Assembly (NCBI GenBank): GCA_012295275.1
Contig: CM022676.1
Coordinates: 10,850,001-10,914,000, forward strand
Source of the DNA: Chrysomallon squamiferum
Lineage: Eukaryota; Animalia; Mollusca
DNA: 64,000 bases
Direction: 5' to 3'
The translations under genes and the position numbers were made by a program. The stretch's first letter is position 1. Every line of letters starts with the position of its first letter. The notes beneath the pieces were generated by a model. The model was not told the DNA's origin. It made no database searches and worked only from the letters and a program-made list of their open reading frames with translations. Below are positions 55,152 to 64,000 of this stretch, piece by piece.

Positions 55152-58100
55152 GAGAAAGGTAGAAAGGCTGACAATGTTTTGTAAAGAGATGTTACTGTCC
55201 TGTACTAATCAGAGTAGAAAGGTAGAAAGGCTGACAGTGTTTTGTAAAGAGATGTTACTGTCCTGTACTAATCAGTGTAGAAAGGTAGAAAGGCTGACAA
55301 TGTTTTGTAAAGAGATGTTGCTGTCCTGTTTTAATGAGTGCAGAAAGGTAGAAAGGCTGACAGTGTTTTGTGAAGAGATGTTACTGTCCTGTTTTAATGA
55401 GTGCAGCAAGGTAGAAAGGCTGACAGTGTTTTGTGAAGAGATGTTACTGTCCTGTACTAATCAGAGTAGAAAGGCTGACAATGTTTTGTAAAGAGATGTT
55501 GCTGTCCTGTACTGATCAGTGTAGAAAGGCTGACAATATTTTGTAAAGAGATGTTGCTGTCCTGTTTTAATGAGTGTAGAAAGGTAGAAAGGCTGACAGT
55601 GTTTTGTGAAGAGATGTTGCTGTACTATACTAATCAGAGTAGAAAGGTTGAGAGGCTGACAGTGTTTTGTGAAGAGATGTTGCTGTCCTGTACTAATCAG
55701 AGTAGAAAGGTAGAAAGGCTGACAGTGTTTTGTGAAGAGATGTTGCTGTCCTGTACTGATCAGTGTAGAAAGGTAGAAAGGCTGACAGTGTTTTGTGAAG
55801 AGATGTCGCTGTCCTGTTTTAATCAGTGCAGAGAGGCAGAAAGGCTGACAGTGTTTTGTGAAGAGATGTTGCTGTCCTGTTTTAATCAGTGCAGAAAGGT
55901 AGAAAGGCTGACAGTGTTTTGTGAAGAGATGTTGCTGTCCTGTACTAATCAGTGTAGAAAGGCTGACAGTGTTTTGTGAAGAGATGTTGCTGTCCTGTAC
56001 TAATCAGTGTAGAAAGGCTGACAGTGTTTTGTGAAGAGATGTTGCTGTCCTGTACTGATCAGTGTAGAGAGGTAGAAAGGCTGACAGTGTTTTGTGAAGA
56101 GATGTCGCTGTCCTGTTTTAATCAGTGCAGAGAGGCAGAAAGGCTGACAGTGTTTTGTGAAGAGATGTTGCTGTCCTGTTTTAATCAGTGCAGAAAGGTA
56201 GAAAGGCTGACAGTGTTTTGTGAAGAGATGTTGCTGTCCTGTACTAATCAGAGTAGAAAGGTAGAAAGGCTGACAGTGTTTTGTGAAGAGATGTTGCTGT
56301 CTTGTACTAATCAGTGTAGAAAGGCTGACAGTGTTTTGTGAAGAGATGTTGCTGTCCTGTACTAATCAGTGTAGAAAGGTAGAAAGGCTGACAGTGTTTT
56401 GTGAAGAGATGTTGCTGTCCTGTACTAATCAGTGTAGAAAGGTTGACAGTGTTTTGTGAAGAGATGTTGCTGTCCTGTACTAATCAGTGTAGAAAGGCTG
56501 ACAGTGTTTTGTGAAGAGATGTTGCTGTCCTGTACTAATCAGAGTAGAAAGGTAGAAAGGCTGACAGTGTTTTGTTAATTAAATGTTGCTGTCCTGTACT
56601 AATCAGAGTAGAAAGGTAGAAAGGCTGACAGTGTTTTGTGAAGAGATGTTGCTGTCCTGTACTGATCAGTGCAGAAAGGCTGACAGTGTTTTGTGAAGAG
56701 ATGTTGCTGTCCTGTACTAATCAGTGTAGAAAGGTAGAAAGGCTGACAGTGTTTTGTGAAGAGATGTTGCTGTCCTGCTTTAATCAGTGCAGAAAGGTAG
56801 AAAGGCTGACAGTGTTTTGTGAAGAGATGTTGCTGTACTATACTAATCAGAGTAGAAAGGTAGAAAGGCTGACAGTGTTTTGTGAAGAGATGTTGCTGTC
56901 CTGTACTAATCAGTGTAGAAAGGCTGACAGTGTTTTGTGAAGAGATGTTGCTGTCCTGTACTAATCAGTGTAGAAAGGTAGAAAGGCTGACAGTGTTTTG
57001 TGAAGAGATGTTGCTGTCCTGTACTAATCAGTGTAGAAAGGTAGAAAGGCTGACAGTGTTTTGTGAAGAGATGTTGCTGTCCTGTACTAATCAGAGTAGA
57101 AAGGTAGAAAGGCTGACAGTGTTTTGTGAAGAGATGTTGCTGTCCTGTACTAATCAGTGCAGAAAGGTAGAAAGGCTGACAGTGTTTTGTGAAGAGATGT
57201 TGCTGTCCTGTTTTAATCAGTGCAGAAAGGTAGAAAGGCTGACAGTGTTTTGTGAAGAGATGTTGCTGTCCTGTACTAATCAGTGCAGAAAGGCTGGCAG
57301 TGTTTTGTGAAGAGATGTTGCTGTCCTGTACTAATCAGTGTAGAAAGGCTGACAGTGTTTTATGAAGAGATGTTGCTGTCCTGTTTTAATCAGTGCAGAG
57401 AGGTAGAAAGGCTGACAGTGTTTTGTGAAGAGATGTTGCTGTCCTGTACTGATCAGTGTAGAAAGGTAGAAAGGCTGACAGTGTTTTGTGAAGAGATGTT
57501 GCTGTCCTGTTTTAATCAGTGCAGAGAGGTAGAAAGGCTGACAGTCTTTTGTGAAGAGATGTTGCTGTCCTGTACTAATCAGTGTAGAAAGGCTGACAGT
57601 GTTTTGTGAAGAGATGTTGCTGTCCTGTACTAATCAGAGTAGAAAGGTAGAAAGGCTGACAGTGTTTTGTGAAGAGATGTTGCTGTCCTGTACTAATCAG
57701 TGTAGAAAGGTAGAAAGGCTGACAGTGTTTTGTGAAGAGATGTTGCTGTCCTGTACTAATCAGTGTAGAAAGGTAGAAAGGCTGACAGTGTTTTGTGAAG
57801 AGATGTTGCTGTCCTGTACTAATCAGTGTAGAAAGGTAGAAAGGCTGACAGTGTTTTGTGAAGAGATGTTGCTGTCCTGTACTAATCAGAGTAGAAAGGT
57901 AGAAAGGCTGACAGTGTTTTGTGAAGAGATGTTGCTGTCCTGTACTAATCAGTGCAGAAAGGTAGAAAGGCTGACAGTGTTTTGTGAAGAGATGTTGCTG
58001 TCCTGTACTAATCAGTGCAGAAAGGCTGACAGTGTTTTGTGAAGAGATGTTGCTGTCCTGTACTAATCAGTGTAGAAAGGCTGACAGTGTTTTATGAAGA

Positions 58101-60342
58101 GATGTTGCTGTCCTGTTTTAATCAGTGCAGAGAGGTAGAAAGGCTGACAGTGTTTTGTGAAGAGATGTTGCTGTCCTGTACTGATCAGTGTAGAAAGGTA
58201 GAAAGGCTGACAGTGTTTTGTGAAGAGATGTTGCTGTCCTGTTTTAATCAGTGCAGAGAGGTAGAAAGGCTGACAGTCTTTTGTGAAGAGATGTTGCTGT
58301 CCTGTACTAATCAGTGTAGAAAGGCTGACAGTGTTTTGTGAAGAGATGTTGCTGTCCTGTACTAATCAGTGCAGAAAGGTAGAAAGGCTGACAGTGTTTT
58401 GTGAAGAGATGTTGCTGTCCAGTACTAATCAGAGTAGAAAGGTAGAAAGGCTGACAGTGTTTTGTGAAGAGATGTTGCTGTCCTGTACTAATCAGAGTAG
58501 ACAGGTAGAAAGGCTGACAGTGTTTTGTGAAGAGATGTTGCTGTCCTGTACTAATCACTGTAGAAAGGCTGACAGTGTTTTGTGAAGAGATGTTGCTGTC
58601 CTGTACTAATCAGTGTAGAAAGGCTGACAGTGTTTTGTGAAGAGATGTTGCTGTCCTGTACTAATCAGAGTAGAAAGGTAGAAAGGCTGACAGTGTTTTG
58701 TTAAGAGATGTTGCTGTCCTGTACTAATCAGTGTAGAAAGGCTGACAGTGTTTTGTGAAGAGATGTTGCTGTCCTGTACTAATCAGAGTAGAAAGGTAGA
58801 AAGGCTGACAGTGTTTTGTTAAGAGATGTTGCTGTCCTGTACTAATCAGTGCAGAAAGGTAGAAAGGCTGACAGTGTTTTGTGAAGAGATGTTGCTGTCC
58901 TGTTGTAATCAGTGTAGAAAGGCTGACAGTGTTTTGTAAAGAGATGTTGGTGTCCTGTACTAATTAGAGTAGAAAGGTAGAAAGGCTGACAGTGTTTTGT
59001 GAAGAGATGTTGCTGTCCTGTACTAATCAGTGTAGAAAGGCTGACAGTGTTTTGTGAAGAGATGTTGCTGTCCTGTACTAATCACTGTAGAAAGGCTGAC
59101 AGTGTTTTGTGAAGAGATGTTGCTGTCCTGTACTAATCAGTGTAGAAAGGCTGACAGTGTTTTGTGAAGAGATGTTGCTGTCCTGTACTAATCAGAGTAG
59201 AAAGGTAGAACGGCTGACAGTGTTTTGTTAAGAGATGTTGCTGTCCTGTACTAATCAGTGCAGAAAGGTAGAAAGGCTGACAGTGTTTTGTGAAGAGATG
59301 TTGCTGTCCTGTTGTAATCAGTGTAGAAAGGCTGACAGTGTTTTGTAAAGAGATGTTGCTGTCCTGTACTAATTAGAGTAGAAAGGTAGAAAGGCTGACA
59401 GTGTTTTGTGAAGAGATGTTGCTGTCCTGTACTAATCAGAGTAGAAAGGTAGAAAGGCTGACAGTGTTTTGTGAAGAGATGTTGCTGTCCTGTACTAATC
59501 AGTGTAGAAAGGCTGACAGTGTTTTGTGAAGAGATGTTGCTGTCCTGTACTAATCAGTGTAGAAAGGCTGACAGTGTTTTGTGAAGAGATGTTGCTGTCC
59601 TGTTTTAATCACTGTAGAAAGGTAGAAAGGCTGACAGTGTTTTGTGAAGAGATGTTGCTGTCCTGTACTAATCAGAGTAGAAAGGTAGAAAGGCTGACAG
59701 TGTTTTGTGAAGAGATGTTGCTGTCCTGTTTTAATCAGTGCAGAAAGGTAGAAAGGCTGACAGTCTTTTGTGAAGAGATGTTACTGTACTGTACTAATCA
59801 GTGCAGAAAGGTAGAAAGGCTGACAGTCTTTTGTGAAGAGATGTTACTGTACTGTACTAATCAGTGCAGAAAGGTAGAAAGGCTGACAGTGTTTTGTGAA
59901 GAGATGTTGCTGTCCTGTACTAATCAGTGTAGAAAGGTTGACAGTGTTTTGTGAAGAGATGTTGCTGTCCTGTACTGATCAGTGTAGAAAGGTAGAAAGG
60001 CTGACAGTGTTTTGTAAAGAGATGTTGCTGTCCTGTTTTAATCAGTGTAGAAAGGTAGAAAGGCTGACAGTGTTTTGTAAAGAGATGTTGCTGTCCTGTA
60101 CTAATCAGTGTAGAAAGGCTGACAGTGTTTTGTGAAGAGATGTTGCTGTCCTGTACTAATCAGAGTAGAAAGGCTGACAGTGTTTTGTGAAGAGATGTTG
60201 CTGTCCTGTACTAATCAGTGTAGAAAGGCTGACAGTGTTTTGTGAAAGAGATGTTGCTGTCCTGTACTAATCAGAGTAGAAAGGTAGAAAGGCTGACAGT
60301 GTTTTGTGAAGAGATGTTGGTGTCCTGTAGTAATTAGTGTAG
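55152..60342. repeat. 55/63-bp intronic minisatellite (~5.2 kb)
   Basis: (GTAGAAAG)1-2 GCTGACAGTGTTTTGTGAAGAGATGTTGCTGTCCTGTACTAATCAGT; two length classes differing by an 8-mer. Confidence 0.97.
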
Positions 60343-60473
60343 TTTTTTTTAAATGAGTTAAAGATGAAGAAAAAAGTAGAATGGGAATATTGTATTTTAA
60401 CAAAAAACATATATGAATTATGGAGATAAGCAGCAAGATGCAGTTTTTTTCTAAGGCAGCTCTGTATACTTAC

Positions 60474-60749
60474 CATGATGTGCTGCAAGAAGATGCGTGG
60501 GCCGTCATGACAACAGACCCACTCGATGGCGGGAACGCAGTGAGGTAGGATGTGTCCAGCAAGGCCCAGGCTGCGGTCGATGATGTTGTTGTGAGAGGGG
60601 TTGATTCGACTCAGTCGCAGACAGTGTTCACAGACACGCTGGCCGAACTGCCGCACACACTGACCTGTCTCCACACTCAGGTTCATCAGCAGCCCCAGCG
60701 CCGCCGCGATCAGCTCCTCCCCGTCCGTCAGCCGTGTCTTGTGTACGTC
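60474..60749 (-). CDS. TTC12: TTC12 exon
   Basis: gtgttgcag|DVHKTRLTDGEELIAAALGLLMNLSVE...IIDRSLGLAGHILP...GPRIFLQHIM|gtaagt, 276 nt, phase 0-0; compare human TLLGLMMNLC...ILTRAAGVLSRTL. Confidence 0.92.
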
Positions 60750-60864
60750 CTGCAACACAACAAACTTTACTATATAGTCCTGCAACACAACAAACTCACT
60801 ACAGAAATGTTTCACTTTACTATATATTCCAGATGACTGTGTAAATGTCCTGTAACACACAACA

Positions 60865-61171
60865 ATGTTTGAACTGAATGTAAATGTTTGAACTGTCTGT
60901 ATAAATGTTTGAACTGAATGTAAATGTTTGAACTGTGTAAATGTTTGAACTATCTGTGTAAATGTTTGAACTGTGTAAATGTTTGAACTGTCTGTGTAAA
61001 TGTTTGCACTGAATGTAAATGTTTGAACTGTGTGTAAATGTTTGAACTGTCTTGAAAATGTTTGAATTGTCTGTGTAAATGTTTGAACTGTCTGTGTAAA
61101 TGTTTGAATTGTCTGTCTAAATGTTTGAACTGTCTGTGTAAATGTTTGAACTGTCTGTAAATGTTTGAACT
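60865..61171 (-). repeat. 17-21 bp repeat starting at +4 of a splice donor
   Basis: Sense GTA-AGTTCAAACATTTACAGAC-AGTTCAAACATTTACACAGAC-...; fills most of the intron. Confidence 0.9.
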
Positions 61172-61174
61172 TAC

Positions 61175-61306
61175 AAGGAGATGTAAACTACACTCCCACA
61201 GCTCCTGTTTGTTTGACAGTGCAGCCCTCAAACACTGGTCACCTGCTAGATTCATTATAGTGGACAGACAGCTGGACATCACACCGTCTGTACAGGAAGT
61301 GTCGTA
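61175..61306 (-). CDS. TTC12: TTC12 exon
   Basis: ttgtcacag|YDTSCTDGVMSSCLSTIMNLAGDQCLRAALSNKQELWECSLHLL|gtaagt, phase 0-0; compare human ALCQCIAIMGNLSAE. Confidence 0.88.
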
Positions 61307-62278
61307 CTGTGACAAAAAAGATTTCACATCATTAGAAACATTTCAAAACAGGCCAAAATAAAACATTTATTCCTGTATTTATGTGTATGTGTAAACTGAA
61401 CATTAGTCTGAATGATTTGCAAATATAAATATAAGTATCTATAAATGTATGTGTGTATAATTGTGTACATGTATATGTTGTCAGCTATAATCCTGCTTAT
61501 CTGATTATCCTGATTATCTATCAAACAGGGTTTCACATACACTAGCTTTAGATATTTTATTAAAGTGCTGATTTTTATATGTATGTAATTTTGAGATTAT
61601 CTGGTTTCTGTACATAAAATAGAGAAAAGACAAAATAACAACAAATATTAAACAAATATGTTTTCATAATTGTAATCAGTAAATAAACTGCATTTAACTG
61701 TTGATGTATGCACATAATTAAAGTTCTGTTTGACATCTGCGATATCCTTTTACACGATGACAAACTTTTAAAGGAAGTTTATAAATTGTAAAGTTATGTT
61801 ACTTACTAGCTAAGTTATGGCAAGTTTTGTGTGACAACACAGCTTTGAAATTTGTCCACTCACATCACTTCGCTTTTCTCTTTCATTCCATGGGAATATG
61901 TACATGTGTGTGTGTGTGTGTGAATATATTTGCTGTCACAGTTTAAAATGTTACTAATCCTTGTCATAGTGTTTTCAACCTCTAGACATGATAAAGAACA
62001 CTGTAAGTATTGGCACTGTTACATGTGTATAAATGGGTGCATATAGTAATGTGTATGTGTATAAATGGGTGCATATAGTAATGTGTATGTGTATAAATGT
62101 GAAATTACTTGGTAAGAGTACTGGAAATAGAAGAAGATAACCAAACAGCTGAGAATGACTTACTAAAATGAAATAATTTAACTTCATGGGTTATCTTAAT
62201 GAGTGTGTGTGTGTGTGTCTGTGTGTGTCTGAGGGTGCATGTCTGTGATATGTTAATTTACTTGTCATGGTAACTTAC

Positions 62279-62342
62279 TGCTAATATCTTGAAGGCTGGT
62301 AACAAACGATCATCAACGTGGTCTCTCAAATGAGTTTTAAAT
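62279..62342 (-). CDS. TTC12: TTC12 exon (not in the ORF track)
   Basis: ttttgtcacag|(K)FKTHLRDHVDDRLLPAFKILA|gtaagt, phase 2-0; compare human FQVWFQANLPGVLPAL. Confidence 0.85.
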
Positions 62343-62679
62343 CTGTGACAAAATTTTATTACAAAATTATAATTGGAAAAGTAAAATACATTACAGCACT
62401 TTATAAAGAAAATGTTTTTGTTTATAAATTATTCTTAATTATAGCTGACAAATGTTTACATATAAATTATTTAAAAGTATTTGTGAACTGTAATTTGTAA
62501 TATTAATATTTCTTAATTTGGTTCTGAAATTGTAAACACACTAAACAAAATAGTTCTGTATTTTACTTTCATCTAGGAAAAAAAAGAAGAAAAAAAATGA
62601 AAAAAAGAATTATAATAATAATAATAACAATAATAATAACATAAACTCCTGTTTTAGATAAAAAGACATATCAAACAAA

Positions 62680-63593
62680 TGAGAAGGGTGATGTACAAAA
62701 AACATGTAACAAAGAGAACTAACTTTTTCTCTAGAGCTATGTTACTGAGAGAGGAAAGACATAAAAAAACATGTAACAAAGAGAACTAACTTTTTCTCTA
62801 GAGCTCTGTTATTGAGAGAGGAAAGACATAAAAAACATGTAACAAAGAGAACTAACTTTTTCTAGAGAGCTATGTTATTGAGAGAGGAAAGACATAAAAA
62901 CCATGTAACAAAGAGAACTAACTTTTTCTCTAGAGCTATGTTATTGAGAAGAAAGACAAAAAAAACATGTAAAAAAGAGAACTAATTTTTCTCTAGAGCT
63001 ATGTTATTGAGAATAAAGACATAAAAAATGTAACAAAGAGAACTAACTTTTTCTCTCTAAGCTATGTTAAGAGAGGAAAACAAAAAAATAAACAAAGAGA
63101 ACTAACTTTTTTCTTAGCTATGTTAAGAGAGGAAAGACATAAAAAAAACAAAGAGAACTAACTTTTTCTCTAGAGCTATGTTATTGAGAGAGGAAAGACA
63201 TAAAAAAACATGTAACAAAGAGAACTAACTTTTTCTCTAGAGCTATGTTATTGAGAGAGGAAAGACATAAAAAAACATGTAACAAAGAGAACTAACTTTT
63301 TCTCTAGAGCTATGTTACTGAGAGAGGAAAGACATAAAAAAACATGTAACAAAGAGAACTAACTTTTTCTCTAGAGCTATGTTACTGAGAGAGGAAAGAC
63401 ATAAAAAAACATGTAACAAAGAGAACTAACTTTTTCTCTAGAGCTATGTTACTGAGAGAGGAAAGACATAAAAAAACATGTAACAAAGAGAACTAACTTT
63501 TTCTCTAGAGCTATGTTATTGAGAAAGGAAAGACATAAAAAAACATGTAACAAAGAGAACTAACTTTTTCTCTAGAGCTATGTTATTGAGAAG
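62680..63593 (-). repeat. ~67-bp array = last ~27 nt of exon + donor + ~40 nt intron, 14 copies including the real junction
   Basis: Sense unit TCTCA(A/G)TAACATAGCTCTAGAGAAAAA|GTTAGTTCTCTTTGTTACATGTTTTTTTATGTCTTTCCTC. Confidence 0.97.
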
Positions 63594-63657
63594 AGCTGCT
63601 GCTGTAGGTGCTACAGATGATGTACACCTCATCAATGTGAACAGCGATGACATCAAC
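63565..63657 (-). CDS. TTC12: TTC12 exon
   Basis: gtttcag|(R)LMSSLFTLMRCTSSVAPTAAALLNNIALEK|gttagt, phase 2-2; compare human RLLEALVSFL...TAMGLFTDLALEE. Confidence 0.88.
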
Positions 63658-63840
63658 CTGAAACACAAATAATAATCTTTAAAACTACTTGAATTAATAT
63701 TTGTAATTACATCAAAAAAATAATATATGTATGTATTTAAAAGGTTTAAAATTTCAGTTGTCACAATGACAAACAATAATATTTTTTTTACAAACAAAGT
63801 ATTGTAAAAATGATTTTTAATTCAGAACGTGAAGACTGAC

Positions 63841-64000
63841 CTGCAGATGTCAAACTTTGTAACAATAGTTTTACGTCCGATGTCTGAAATGGAGATTGTA
63901 TGTAACAAGTTGACACACGCAGTTTTCAGCATTCGGCCATGACATTTGACCTTGGACTCCAACATTTTAAGAATGTTCTCTGCCAAACTCTCATCGTCAA
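63841..64000 (-). CDS. TTC12: TTC12 exon (continues beyond the window)
   Basis: Open frame DDESLAENILKMLESKVKCHGRMLKTACVNLLHTISISDIGRKTIVTKFDIC-AG|gtcagt; compare human LLHLAQTESGRSLIINHLDLTR. Confidence 0.88.

Noticed and set aside
55147-60135. Many ORFs with a 21-aa Cys-rich repeat (RKVERLTVFCEEMLLSCTNQC)
   Set aside because: Translations of a 63-bp minisatellite antisense within a TTC12 intron. The 55-bp variants shift the frame throughout, and the flanking TTC12 exons join in phase without it. Not junction-anchored.

Overview
AT-rich, intron-containing animal genomic DNA, probably from a mollusc or other lophotrochozoan (inferred from composition and gene and repeat content). A 200-N scaffold gap at 24270-24469 splits it into two different halves. 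Left of the gap: a small cluster of immunoglobulin-superfamily (IgSF) membrane-protein genes, made of one stop-riddled V-C2-TM pseudogene, one gene with intact leader and V exons that runs into the gap, and an inverted ~1 kb copy of its C2 exon. Decayed MULE, LINE and Tc1 elements are interspersed. Right of the gap: two minus-strand conserved genes, a follistatin-like 1 (FSTL1) orthologue (6 coding exons, 3' end lost in satellite or gap) and the C-terminal 8 exons of TTC12, both with introns dominated by tandem repeats. The main observation is that many of these arrays are copies of the host gene's own splice junctions. Three TTC12 donors are amplified 11-35 times as units of [last 27-50 nt of exon + GT donor + intron start]. 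Two TTC12 acceptors are duplicated, one more array starts at +4 of a donor, and FSTL1 has an older array of the same type. All exon calls are manual (splice consensus, phase continuity, remembered similarity to human proteins); no database search was run.
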